From NCBI GenBank assembly GCA_951406725.2, contig OX597816.1, positions 57,536,001 to 57,600,000 of the forward strand: DNA of 64,000 nucleotides. Direction: 5' to 3'. The number at the start of each line of letters is the position of its first letter. Positions within the stretch are counted from its first letter, which is position 1. The notes under the pieces were generated by a model. The model was not told where the DNA came from, searched no databases, and saw only the letters and a program-made list of their open reading frames with translations. Shown here piece by piece: positions 39,230 through 53,117 of the stretch. The stretch comes from Octopus vulgaris (Eukaryota). A program made the translations under genes and the position numbers.

Positions 39230-39720
39230 ATATATGTACATGGAACCACTCAACCGCGGAGGCTTAGCGGTGGCCCTGTCAATACGTAGGAAAATTTTGA
39301 TTGATTTCAATCATTCAGTGTCGTAAATAATTATATTTAAATACACGCCCAACTAATAAATATGAACAGCAGCTGTACATCTGTTATCATAAGGCACTGA
39401 TTATTAGGGTCGACTAAAAAAAACTCAATCACCTCCCTCTCCAACGCCGCCGGGAGCGCTACATCATTTGTGTTACGTGGGAAATAATAATAATAATAAT
39501 AATAATGGCGATCTTTCGTTTGCCATAATGGCGATGTTACGGTTAAAATCCATCCAAGACTTGGTCCCCCCGTGTTATCCGCCCACTACAAAAATCGAAC
39601 TCGGTATACATAGCAACATGGCCTGGGACTATACTGGCCGAAACCTACCAAAGTTATTGGCAAATATTCATGCGCTACACGTCTCACATCAAGTCACAGG
39701 AAGCAATGACAAATTTCATT
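39230..39720. promoter_or_regulatory. CpG-enriched unique segment, candidate promoter
   Basis: CpG density is visibly above the flanks. Contains AATGGCG twice (YY1-like), CCGCCC, ACTACA and GGGACTATA (ZNF143-like) and CATAGCAAC (RFX half-site). These are motif resemblances only. Confidence 0.35.
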
Positions 39721-40097
39721 TTTTATACATCAAGGTTGTCTTGAAAAACATCGCACAAAATCCAAAAATAATTAAAGATAATTTTTTTAAACTTCTGAAT
39801 TATATCTAATAAACAATTCATATAGTTAATTTGGTAACAGAAATTCCATTTGACACGGTATTTATTAAAACTTCTTTAAACAACGAACAAAAAGCAACGT
39901 TTTCGTACACAGCTGTCCCTTAAACGCCAAGTCTTTTGTTTGTTTTATACCACAAAAGCTACCCTTTCCAAGAACGACAGTTTTTGACGGAGGTAAAGAA
40001 TACACACACCACCACTTTTCGGTGTAACAAAAACCCTAACCACCGGGTGTACGTATTCTTTATCTTCTATGAAAATTTTCTATGGAACAATTTATCA

Positions 40098-40800
40098 GCA
40101 ATAAATAACGACGTCTTTGATATTTGTCTTTAAACCATTTTTAGAACAAATAAATGGTTTGTCTTCCTTTTAGAAATAAAAAACTATCTCTTCAGATATT
40201 TTATGCACTGAGGTTTGTGTCAGTAGAAATCATTTAGTATCAAAAGAAAGAAAAAAACGATTACAATAATTAGTCCTACCACCTGTCACACATTTTAAAT
40301 CCAATTTAGTGGAAATATGCTTTTCGTTTATTTTTACTTTTTTGTAAGGAGAAACAAAGTAATTATAAATAAATTAATTAGACACTTACTTATTTAAGGA
40401 CTCCGTTTACATATTATATATGCAATCAATAACCAGTTAATTAAGAAATTTAGAACAGGTGGACACGTTCTAATAACGCTTAAGTTTGGGAAACAAAATG
40501 ACTGCACATGCGTAGTTTGAATCAGTCTCTAATCAGAAATTTGACGGAAATAATTGACTAATTCCAATTGGTTTTAGAATATGATTGATAATTTGCTTTA
40601 TTGACCCTGGAGGGAAAGAGATGTAGTTGACTTTTGTGTAATTCGAATTCAGAAAGTAAAAGCAGCCAAAGCAAATACCACAAAACCATTTATGGGAAAC
40701 TCTGAAGATTCTATCCATGAACCAAACGGAGAATGGGTTCACCATGACTAAAATATATCCACTTGCATTTCTAAATGGATTTGACATCATAGTATAGATT
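40098..40800 (+). repeat. Arm 1 of an inverted duplication (partner 58397-59894)
   Basis: 40381-40800 is the reverse complement of 58397-58817; 40345-40383 of 59223-59259; 40098-40308 of 59677-59894. Confidence 0.92.
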
Positions 40801-40849
40801 CGTACGTACATACATACGTACATTCGTACGTAAATATATACAGGCAGAT

Positions 40850-41365
40850 AGACAAACAGAAAACAGAAATTGTGCACAGTTGTGGAAATTAACTGCCCAG
40901 CAGATGATGACATGAAGTTCAGGGGAAAAGAGATCACCTATGCTGAACTATTGAGGAATCTGCAGTTACTGTATCCAGATTACAAGTTCAGGTTTATACC
41001 TGTAATTATTGGGCCCCTGGGATTTGTAACACACTGTCTAAATACCAATCATAAGAAATTAGGCTTCTCAGAACCAGAAAGGAGAAAGCTAATTTGAAGA
41101 ACACAGATCCAATCCATCACTGGAACTGTAATAATGTGTAAAACTTTCCAGAAGTTTATCATTTAAATATATATATGAGCATGTCTAGATATGCAAGTAT
41201 ATGCATGAGAATACATACATAAAACATACAAATCTGTACATACATACATACATATATATAAAAATATACAGTTGTTGATGTTGAAATTCCAATGAAGGAG
41301 CGTTGGATCTAGGTTAGAAACCGGTTCTTTCTCTATTGACAAGAAATCTTGTAATAAAACTTAAT
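40850..41365 (+). mobile_element. 3' end of an RLE-type (R2/R4/NeSL-group) non-LTR retrotransposon
   Basis: CTVVEINCPADD...KEITYAELLRNLQLLYPDYKFRFIPVIIGPLG restriction-like endonuclease C-terminus, followed by a 3' UTR. Confidence 0.75.
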
Positions 41366-41369
41366 AATG

Positions 41370-41403
<34 letters not shown>

Positions 41404-41527
41404 ACACACATACATACATACATACACACATACACACACACATACATACATACATACATACATACATACATACATACATACATACATACATACATACATA
41501 CATACATACATACATACATACATACAT

Positions 41528-41875
41528 GGAAGAGAAGGAAATTAACCAAGATGCTCTGTGGCTGGAAGAAATTCGAGAAAGTTATTGCTCCTACGTTACA
41601 TCCAAGACATACAACATTGATGATGAAACTCTTGCAGCTGTGATCCAGAAACTCCAGGATGGAAAAGCACCTGGAAAAGACTTGATAGTTGGATATTGGT
41701 ACAAGAAGCTAACATTCTACTGACCATATCTTATCAGTCTGTACCAGCAAGCTTTTATTGGGAACAGTAGCATACCACACTGGTTGCATGCCAGAACTTA
41801 ATGTATAAGATATATACAGCATGTTTAAAACTCTCCCTCCAGGACCATTGTGAAACCAACAACATTATCACAGCA
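41528..41875 (+). mobile_element. Non-LTR retrotransposon RT N-terminal fragment
   Basis: VIQKLQDGKAPGKDLIVGYWYKKL resembles the RT domain-0 motif K(A/S)PGxD; stops and deletions follow. Confidence 0.7.
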
Positions 41876-42185
41876 GACACACACACACATATATAAATGA
41901 ACGCATTGATGTAACAGAGAATTCATAAACACCCGCTCCTTTAAATTCTAATCCCCTTCCAGCCCCATTTAGACCCCTTTTCACATTTTGGTTAATATAA
42001 CCCGATTTCATTCGGGTCTACTGGGGCCACATTTTATAAGATGAGGAATTTTGTCCTAGAGGTCACGCGTTTCATTTGAGGTAAAAAAAATAGTTGTCAT
42101 GCAAACTTGCCAGCACTTTTAACATAGGTCTGCATATTTTCAGCTGACCCGACCGACCACATAATGCACACATTATATATATATA

Positions 42186-42261
<76 letters not shown>

Positions 42262-42651
42262 GGAGTCTCTCTCATACGTGAGCGTTGACGCTGAATTCGA
42301 CTGGTAAGCAGGTAACCTTGTCTTTGTTGAAATAGTTGTGAGCTGCTGTAGTTATTTCTCTGACGGGTAATAGGAATTTCCATATCCTCCGAGGAAACGA
42401 ACTGTTGACCCAGACTGTCATGCTGTTAGCGGTCAGAAGTGAAAGTACGTCAATTTCGTGTATTTACGTCAGGTTTATTACCTTCGTTAATTTATGCCGT
42501 TTATTTACGTACCACCACGCTGTTAGGTGTATAAAACAATTGAAGTTCAGTTTAAAGTTTATAAATAAATACATTTAATTCCCCATTATAGTAATATTTG
42601 TCTGTTGAAATCCGTTTCAAGGCGGTCAATAGTTTAATTAAAGATGTGTCT

Positions 42652-42713
<62 letters not shown>

Positions 42714-43326
42714 TATATACATATGTATATATACATGTGTATACACATATATATTTATACATGTGTATATATACATGTGTATACATATATATATATACAT
42801 GTGTAATGTATACACATGTATATTTCTAAGGTAGCCCACGGGCATCGTCACCTCTACGCGCGGGTAAGAGTGTGGTTGTTACTTTCTGTTGCTTCCTTTC
42901 TGCACGTAAAAAGCACCATCTGAACGTGGCCGATTGCAGCGCCGCCTTGACTTGCTTCTGTGCCGGTGGCACGTAAAAAGCACCAACCGATCGTTGCCGC
43001 TGCGAGCCCCCCTGGCACCTGTGCAGCCTCCTGGCTTCCCAGACCCCGGTCACACTGTCCAACCCGTGCTAACACGGAAAACGGACGTTAAACGATGATG
43101 ATGATGATTCTCCGTCTTTGTTTCTCTCTCCTTTCTCTCTCATAGGGTGAGTGAGGAAGATGGCCCCTAGCAACCACACCTTTTAAGATAGGGATTTCTA
43201 AGGTAGCCCACGAGCATCGTCACCTCATTCTACATGTCTCTGTAAATTTTGGAGCGAATCGGACGGGACGTAGTGGCATTGAAAGCGATCCAAGTGGTAA
43301 AAACGCATTTCAGTTTTATATATAGA

Positions 43327-43410
<84 letters not shown>

Positions 43411-43413
43411 ATG

Positions 43414-43445
<32 letters not shown>

Positions 43446-43589
43446 CACACATACATATATACACACACACTATATACATACATACATACATACATACATG
43501 CATGCATACATACATACATATATACATACATACACACATATATATATATGTATATATAATTACTATGAGGCATTGTGTAGAATATATTG

Positions 43590-43867
43590 TATAAAAGATC
43601 GTGGGTAAGGCCGAAACAATGTGAAGTAAAGGCAAGGTAAATCACAAAAAGACAAATATGTGAATTAATGTAGACTTATTTTGTATTCAATATTTCGGGG
43701 TTAAGACCCCATTTTCAAGAAATTGATGAATGTTATCGACAACATTCGTCAATTTCTTGAAAATAACCCCGAAATGTTGAATACAAGGTAAGTCTACATT
43801 AATTCACATATTTGTTTTCTTGTGATTTACCTTGCATTTACTCCGCTTTGTTTCGGCCTTACACATG

Positions 43868-43877
<10 letters not shown>
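43590..43877. repeat. ~290 bp imperfect palindrome centred on TCGA (43736-43739)
   Basis: Arms of 148 and 140 bp are reverse complements; the right arm lacks 8 nt (GGGGTCTT). Confidence 0.9.
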
Positions 43878-43941
<64 letters not shown>

Positions 43942-44159
43942 AATATATATACAGGGTTGGCCAAAAGTCAGCTGACAGTAAATTAAAACGATTTAATTCC
44001 AAGATTTATTTATGTTTAACAACTGAATGAATTTGATAAAAGCATCTAAATATGAAACATCATGAAAATAGTTCAAAGTGAAGTCCTTCTTGAGTGACAT
44101 TTTTCCTTCGAGTCAATACAGAATTACAGATAGTATTTATGGAACTTTGATTTACTGTT

Positions 44160-44303
44160 GGGTAACTTCTCTATATATATAACCCTATATATGACGCGCA
44201 CTCTTAACTCTTTACTTGACCTTTCCTCCCTGCCTGTCTGTCTTCCTCTCTACCTGTCTCTCTCATTCTTATTTTTCACCCTTTCTGGTTTCTTTCCCCC
44301 TCC

Positions 44304-44371
<68 letters not shown>

Positions 44372-44968
44372 TCCTCTCTCTGGCCGCTGACCGGACTACT
44401 AAACTTTCTTTCTGCCCGCTGCTTTCAACAAATCAACACGGACTTTCTTCTGTCTTCTGCAAGTCGATCTTCAAGAATGTGTTCCAACGAATTTTTCCAC
44501 TGTCTAGGCTTTAAAAAAGCCCTTATTGTTAGTTTCCTTGTCCTGTTTTTATTCTTTATGTGTACTGTTTTTTTCTTCATTTGTATTGCTTTTATGTCCT
44601 GTTCTTGTCACTTTTTTTTACCCCTCTGCAAAAGAATTTTATTTAATTCATTTTGCAGAAAGGATTGCTTCGATCGGATCGTGTTCTGCCCTTACCTTCG
44701 AAACACGCATTGAGTCGAACCAGGGGCAGCTGATGAAGGGGAATATTCCTTGTATTGTTTGTCTTGTACTCTGTTTTTCGTTGTTAAAAAAGTCCGTTTC
44801 CTTGTTTGTTTTTATGTTTTCGTTTCTCGTTGTGTTCTACGTTTATTTGTGGTGTCCTGTACTCATATATATATATATGCATGTATATATACATATAGAT
44901 GTAGGTATGTACATATATGTATGTATGCATGCATGTGTTTTATTTATTAAATTGTTATATATATATAT
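44160..44968 (+). mobile_element. Pyrimidine-rich non-coding interspersed repeat (family shared with about 48415-49120)
   Basis: Both copies share CAGGGG-CA(G/A)CTGATGA...CTGTAC(T/C)CATATAT...ATGTAGGTATGTACATATATG at the 3' side. Class uncertain. Confidence 0.55.
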
Positions 44969-45669
44969 ACGATGGACTTCTTTCAGTTTCCGTCTACCAA
45001 ATCCACTCACAAGGCTTCTGTCGGGCCGAGGCTATAGTAGAAAAAAACTTGCCCAAGGTGCCATGCAGTGGGACTAAACCCAGAACCATGTGGTTCGTAA
45101 GCAAGCTACTTACCACACAGCCACTCCTACGCCTATCTTTAAAATCTTCGAAACTTTCGGAGATAAACAACTGCCAATATATACAAACTGCACAGTTACA
45201 AAGACTAAACCACAACAAAACCTATAAAAAGGCAAGAAAATTTTAGCCGTGTAAATATAAATGTGTGTGTGTGTGTGATTTTGTTTTTTTTTCTATTTGT
45301 AGTTAAAAGGCCAAGGTCAGCCCTTTCATTGGTCGCTTGTAGTAGTAAACGCATGCCACTTCTGCTGTCTGCAAGGGCATGACGATTCTTTTACTTACTG
45401 ATCACATTACTACTGTTGTTGCTGCTGCTGTTGCTGCTACTAATACTTCCTCTACTTATAATACTTTATTTATTGGTGATAACAACCGAACACAAAACAT
45501 AATGAACAATACACAGACGAGGGACGGTGAGGTTACATGTGTAAATAGCAAAATTAACAAGGAAAATTTTCCCAGCGTTTACATGCTGCTAAGAGAACAT
45601 ATACAATCCCATTACCAATTCTACCACTGCTACCACGAACGCCAACGCCATCGCCACCCTACTGGAAAG

Positions 45670-47207
45670 AGCTTTGAGGTAATGCTAGTTGGAGACTAAA
45701 GTGTGCAATATTAGTCATGAGAAGGGGACAGATAGTCAACAACAAAGGTATCCAGTTACCAGATGGCCAGACATTAAAATCATTGAAAGGAGGAAAGATT
45801 TATAAGTATCAAGGAGTATTAGAATCTGACAGAGTACTAACTACAGAAATGAAACGAAAATTGAGAAGGATTACATCAGAAGGGTGAGGAAGCAAATGAA
45901 GTCAGAGCTAAATGGTCCGAATCTAGTGAAGGCTGTAAATACTTGAACAGTATTATTCCTTAGATACTCAGCAGCTTTTGTAGACTGTACCAAAACCTGA
46001 ATTAGCAAAGCTAAACAGAAGAACTCGGAAGGAATTCAATATGAATGGAAGACTCCACCTAAAGGCAGGAGTAACAAGATTATACTTACCGAGAAAGGAA
46101 GGCGGAAGAGGGTTAATATCAGCAGAAAACTGCGTGGAGTTAGCTAAGAGTAGATATAGCCTCCTATGCAGGTAATAGTGAAGAAAGTTTATTAAAAGCT
46201 GCTAGAGTCACAGCAAGACATAGGGAAACCAAGAAATTGAACAAAGTTAAAAGCCAGATCAAAGAACAAAAGTTATCTGACCGGTAGGAGGAGGCTTTGC
46301 ATGGTAGGTTCTCAAAGATGGTTTCAGCAAATGGTAGTGGTGAGATATGGTTATGGCTGCAGAAAGGAAAGATGAAGAGGACAACAAAGTTTTTTAGAGA
46401 GAAAGTTTGAATAAAAGCCAAGATAGACAAAACCCAAGTAGATTCCCAATATAGGTTATGCAAATCAAAAAAGGAAAGTGTTACTCATATAGTGAGTGAA
46501 TGTAGCAATCTGGCACAGAAAGAATACAAGAAAAGACATGACAACCTAGGGAGAGAAATCCACTGAGATTTATGTAGAAAGCTAGAATTTGACCATACTG
46601 ATAAATGATATGACTATGAACCTAGTGAAGTACCAGAAAGTAAGAAATACAAGATGTTGTGGGACTTTAACATTCAGACTGACAGAGTAACAGAAGCTAG
46701 GAGGCCTGATTTGGTAGTAGTAGATAAATAGCAACATATGGATGCGAGACCTGGACACTAAAGAAAGCTGACCAGAAGAGAATTAATGCATTTGAGCTTT
46801 GGTGTTGGAGAAGACTTTTGTGGATTCCATGGACAGCAAGGCTCACCAATGGAGAAGTTCTTAAGCAGATAAGGCCGAAAATGTTGCTAGAAGCTGGGAT
46901 CATCAAGCGTAGATTGGCATATTTCGGTCATATTATGCGAGGAAAATCCCTGGAGAAGGACATCATGCTCGGAATGGTCAGTGGCAAGAGAGGAAGAGGC
47001 TGACCAAGAACCCGCTGGCTTGACACCATCAGGAGTGATACCGGAATGGACATGGCCAATCCAGTTTAGTATAGCTCCAGAAAACAGTGTTATCAAGGAC
47101 AGCTAGGAGTGCTCTTGGCATCTAAGGTTACTTGTAGCCCGATGTTAGGAATTTTTCTTTTCCAACAGCATAATTTGTTGTGTATAATAATAATAATAAT
47201 AATAATA

Positions 47208-47295
<88 letters not shown>
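45670..47295 (+). mobile_element. Degenerate R4/Dong-like retrotransposon 3' half, interrupted by an RTE fragment, ending in (TAA)n
   Basis: YKYQGVLE...RLYLPRKEGGRGL...RLCKSKKESVTHIVSEC...RHD...MLWDFNIQTDRVTEARRPDLVVVDK covers the RT end, zinc knuckle and RLE start. Many stops and frameshifts. Confidence 0.85.
46731..47055 (+). mobile_element. RTE (BovB-like) LINE 3' fragment
   Basis: YGCETWTLKKADQKRINAFELWCWRRLLWIPWTARLTN...LAYFGHIMR...GKRGRG*PRTRWLD. Confidence 0.88.
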
Positions 47296-47296
<1 letters not shown>

Positions 47297-47297
47297 A

Positions 47298-47612
47298 GGC
47301 GCGTGGCTCAGTGGTTAGAGCGTCGAGCTTACGATCGTGAGGTTGTGAGCTCGAATCCCGGACCGGGCTGCGTGTTGCGTTCTTGAGCAAGACACTTTAT
47401 TTCACGTTGCTCCAGTTCACTCAGCTGTAGAAATGAGTTGCGACATCACAGGTGCCAAGCTGTATTGGCCCTTGCCTTTCCCTTGGACAACATCAGTGAC
47501 GTGGAGAGGGGAGGCCGGTATGCATGGGCGACTGGTGGTCTTCCATAAAAAAAAACAACCTTGCCCAGACTTGTGCCTTGGAGGGTAACTCTCTAAGTGC
47601 AAACCCATGGTC
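47298..47612 (+). mobile_element. tRNA-derived SINE
   Basis: A box TGGCTCAGTGG, B box-like GCTCGAATCC. Related copies at about 13250-13510 and 17220-17480. Confidence 0.8.
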
Positions 47613-47789
47613 ACTTATCTATTATTAATGATGATGATGATGATATACAAACATCTAGAAACCAATGATGGTGATGGTCGCTACACAGTGACCAAATGTC
47701 CGCAAAGTTTGTACAGGACATTTTGACGCCTGACTTGGTGATGGCAAAGTGCATCTCGACACTGCAGGGGAAATGGAAGTGCGGCCATT

Positions 47790-48412
47790 TTCCTCTGTTG
47801 TTAAATTCTGTGGATGAGCTCAAACACAAGGTCTTTCCCAACTTCACACAAAACTACCAAAATCACAATTGGTTGTGTGAAAGAGCAATATTAGCTCCAA
47901 AAAACGTCACTGTTAACAAAATTAATCAAAAGCTAATGCATTCTCTTCCCGGCACTATACACACTTACAAGTCTGTTGATACAATTCCAGATAAAAATGA
48001 AGTGATGAACTATCCTCCTGAATTTTTCAATTCGTTGGAGCCTCCTGGACTACCTTCCCACATATCGGCACTTAAAGTTGGAATTCCTGTAATGCTACTC
48101 CACAATCTGGAACCACCAAGACTTTGCAATGGGACACGACTGGTGATAAAGAAAATGATGTCAAAGGTTATCAAGGCTATCATTCTTCCTGGATCTGGGA
48201 AAAATGATGACATCTTCATTCCAAGAATTCCTCTTACTCCATCAGGAGCAGAAATCCCATTTACATTCAAAAGACTGCAATTCCACCATCGTGTCAGTTT
48301 TGCCATGTCCATTAACAAATCTCAGGGTCAAACCCTCTCTGTGACTGGTCTTCTCTTGGAAGAGCCCTGCTTCTCTCATGGACAACTGTATGTTGGCTGC
48401 TCAAGAGTGGGA
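47790..48412 (+). mobile_element. Helitron RepHel fragment: C-terminal part of a PIF1-family helicase
   Basis: ERAILAPKN, VMLLHNL..LCNGTRL, RLQF..FAMSINKSQGQTL and FSHGQLYVGCSRV motifs. Intronless, lacks Walker A and Rep domains, and lies within ORF 47696-48463. Confidence 0.92.
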
Positions 48413-49585
48413 AGTAATTTATATCATTGTATGATCAAACGCCATGCATCTATTTCTAAGTAAGTTTTATCTTAATAATTCTGATATGCACTCTACAACT
48501 ATCTCTAGTCTCCCTCTATTATTCTTCCTTCTTTCTGTTTTCTTCTCCTCCCCCTTCACTCTTCTCTTTCTCTCCCCCTCTCTCTCTCACTCTTCCTCCT
48601 TGACTCTCTTGTTGCTCACACGTCACCAGGGGCTATCTTCCTCTATCCTCTTGCTTTACAAGAGACAAGTCATACTTTTGCCTGTCTCCTGTCAAAGCTC
48701 GTTTCTCCAGCATTCACCACTTCACCTCGTTATGGCTTAACCATTTCTTTTTACTGTTTTGTTCTTACTGTCCCATTTTTGTGACCACTTTAACCCTCCG
48801 CAAATCCCAAATTATATTTAATTTCTTTTGTAGGAACGACTGTTTTAACGAAGTCACGTTTTGTCCCAACATTCAAAACACAAAGTAGATAACACAGGGG
48901 ACAACTGATGATGGAATTTTTCTTTATGTTGCCTGCCTCATTTCTCTATTTGTTTCTTTCATTGTTCGAAAAAATAGTTTGTTTTCCATGTTTTTGTTCT
49001 TTTATCTTCCCGTTTTTCATTTTGTTCACGTTTTTTTTTTAGTTCTGTACCCATATATGCATGCATATATACAAATATATGTAGGTATGTACATATATGT
49101 ATATATGCATATACATATATATTATTTATGTTGTTGTTGTTATTGTTATTGTTATATACATATATATATATGTAGTGGATCTTGCATGCATGAAGTGGAT
49201 TTGATACACCATATACATTTAAAAAATGCTAGGAAAACATGTTGGTTCCTCTCAAATTCTTTGTAAACTCTTAAATGTATCTCCTTCTGTGTATATATAT
49301 ATATACTACCAAACAAACATGATTTTTATTGAACTCCTAATACTTTTTGTTGAATATTTTCTTAAATACTTTCTTGTAAACTGTTTATAACATTTTGTTA
49401 CTATTATCAAAGAATGTATATATGTATTTTAATACTTTTGTGACAACCAGTACTTAACAGAACAAAGCTTATACAAAGCTTTACATTTTACTTTTGACAA
49501 TCTTTTTCTTAAAAAATGTAACCGGTCAAGTGAATAAACATCTTTAAAATTGCATTTTCAAACCTTTTGTTCATATATATATATA

Positions 49586-50562
<977 letters not shown>

Positions 50563-50688
50563 ACGATAATATATATATATTATACATACATGTACATATA
50601 TATATGTGTGTATGTATATAAGTATATACATATATATATATAAGTATATACATATATATATATATAGAAACACATACATATGTATGTA

Positions 50689-51470
50689 TTGGGTTGGCAA
50701 CTAAGTTCCCGCCATTTTTTAAAAATTTAAATTTTTAAAAGGTTTAATATAAAATAACAACTAATTAATCAATAATGTATTCACCCTTGTTGTTTACAAT
50801 TCTTCCCAACGTTCAACAAGATTTTCAATACCTCGTTGGTAGAAATCAACCGATTTCGACACGAAAAATTGATCCAACCAAGCTCTCAATACTGCATCAG
50901 TATTGAACGAAACTCCGCACGTAGCATTTGAAAGAGATCAAAACAGGTGGAAATCCATCAGTGCCAAATCAAGAGAGTACGGCAGGTGTGGCAGCACTTC
51001 CCAGCCATGCGTTTGAATGGCTTCCTTGGTCACATTGGCGATATGAAGGCGAGCGCTGTCGTGCAGCAGAACTCCATGCAGCAGATTAGGTCTTTTCTCT
51101 TGAATAGCCATGTTGAGTCGTTCCGTCTGTTGAACATAGAGTTCCGCATTAACCATTTGGTTCCATTCAAGCAATCCATAATGGATAATCCCTTCCTAGT
51201 CCCACCATACGCGCAACATCATTTTACGCGGACGAAGATCTTGTTTCAAGCACGGTGTCGCTTGTTTACCAGGGTCTGCCATTCCTTACACTGCTCCTTT
51301 TCCTTGCCAGTAACGATTCGGCAAAGAAATCGCTGCTTGTGTCCATGACTTGAGCGGGGACGCGCAAGCAAATCAGCGGAGCTTGTAGCTCATTGGTTTT
51401 TGTTGTTGTCACTTAAAGCATACGGAACCCATGCTCCGTACTTCTGAACCTTTCCCATCGAGTGAAGATG
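50689..51470 (-). mobile_element. Mariner transposase relic with one terminal repeat
   Basis: LLHDSARLH...GWEVLPHLPYSLDLALMDFHLF matches the HDNA / YSPDL motifs of mariner D,D34D. The end reads ta|TTGGGTTGGCAACTAAGT. Confidence 0.9.
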
Positions 51471-51489
51471 CTTCTCTATATGTATGTAC

Positions 51490-51520
<31 letters not shown>

Positions 51521-51524
51521 TGTA

Positions 51525-51581
<57 letters not shown>

Positions 51582-51636
51582 TTATATATATATACATACA
51601 TACATGTATATATATGTATACATACATGTATATATG

Positions 51637-51665
<29 letters not shown>

Positions 51666-51667
<2 letters not shown>

Positions 51668-52740
51668 TAAGGTATGTAGAAAAATACAACATGGACAAGA
51701 ACGTATAACTCTTAGAAGACGATACAATAAACACGGACAGGACATTCGAAACCCTCAGTCTTCAGTCAAGAACCGGATCATCATAGTAATTTCGGCTGAT
51801 TAATCTTGAGATTACTAGATCACGGCCAGCCCTCCAAGAAAAACTAAGCTGGGAGCGTAGATTTCCTGGAAGAAGGATCGAATGCATACGGACACCAGGA
51901 CAGCAAAAGGGACGAATATAAAAAAACAAAAAAATAATGGAATACAGAAACATGAAATACAGAAGCATTAACGGTGAAAACAACAACAAGTGTCTTACGA
52001 CTGATAACAAGCAAACAAATTTTTTCTCTGGCGCAAGGAAAGGAGCCTTATCGGCGATGCCTATAGCGGCGGACGAAAAACAACGATGTTAACACGACGC
52101 TGGTCAGAAGCTGAAAGGCAGATTTCGGCCAGCAGTCACGTGACAGAGAAGAGAGAAAAGAAAAGAAAGAGAAGCAACGGAAGAGAGAGAGAGAGAGAGG
52201 AGAGAGAGAGGAGGGACAAACGCAACAAAGAGAGAGAAGAGAGAGAAAGAAGGAATCAGAGAGGAGAAGGGATGGGTGTCGAAGATTGACCTGTGAGTGC
52301 AGAGCGAGACAAAGAATAGGAGGGTAGTGGAAGATTAGACCAAAGAATCAGAGGAAAGAGAAGAGAAAAAGAGGATGAGTAGAGAAAGAAGGGGACAGAT
52401 CAAGTAAAAGTGAGAGAGAGAGACAAACAAAGAGTCGTACCGATTATTAAGAATATGTGCTCACATTAATGTTAAGAGGGTACGTGGCGCCTGGAATATA
52501 TGTTAAGGTATGTAGAAAAATACAACATGGACAAGAACGTATAACTCTTAGAAGACGATACAATAAACACGGACAGGACATTCGAAACCCTCAGTCTTCA
52601 GTCAAGAACCGGATCATCGTAGTAATTTTGGCTGATTAATCTTGAGATTACTAGATCACGGCCAGCCCTCCAAGAAAAACTAAGCAACGAGCATTAGAAA
52701 AACTAAGCTGGGAGCGTAGATTTCCTGGAAGAAGGATCGA
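51666..52740 (-). mobile_element. Non-coding element in partial-tandem arrangement (~837 bp unit plus ~240 bp repeat of its end)
   Basis: 51666-51885 is nearly identical to 52503-52740, with a purine-rich middle on the + strand. Orientation and class are inferred. Confidence 0.7.
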
Positions 52741-53077
52741 CATACATACATACATACATGCCGGTGGCACGTAAAAAGCACCATCCGATTGTGGCCATTG
52801 CCAGCCTCACCTGGCCCCCGTGCCGGTGGCATGTAAAAAGCACCATCCGTCCGTGGCCATTTGCCAGCTCCGTCTGGTACCTGTGCGGATGGCACGTAAA
52901 AAGCACCCACTACACTCACGGAGTGGTTGGCATTAGGAAGGGCATCCAGCCGTAGAAACACTGCCAGATAAGACTGGGCCTGATGCAGCCTTCTGGCTTC
53001 ACAGACCCCAGTTGAACCGTCCAACCCATGCTAGCATGGAAAGCGGACGCTAAATAATGATGATAATGATGATGATA

Positions 53078-53117
<40 letters not shown>

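Noticed and set aside
40533-40937. 134-aa minus-strand ORF overlapping the conserved duplication core
   Set aside because: It spans a microsatellite and a LINE fragment, has no recognisable domain, and the partner arm has a 1-nt indel in the same frame.
42824-43226. ~33-bp direct repeat (ATTTCTAAGGTAGCCCACG...CACCTC) as a SINE TSD
   Set aside because: It is long for a TSD and not flush with the SINE ends, so it is more likely a small local duplication.
44720-44760. Hammerhead at CTGATGAAGGGGAATATTCCTT (and 48905)
   Set aside because: A hairpin follows the core but GAAA and stems I and III are missing.
47696-48463. Host PIF1 helicase gene
   Set aside because: Intronless, lacks the N-terminal helicase motifs and has Helitron-type sequence, so it is treated as a transposon fragment.
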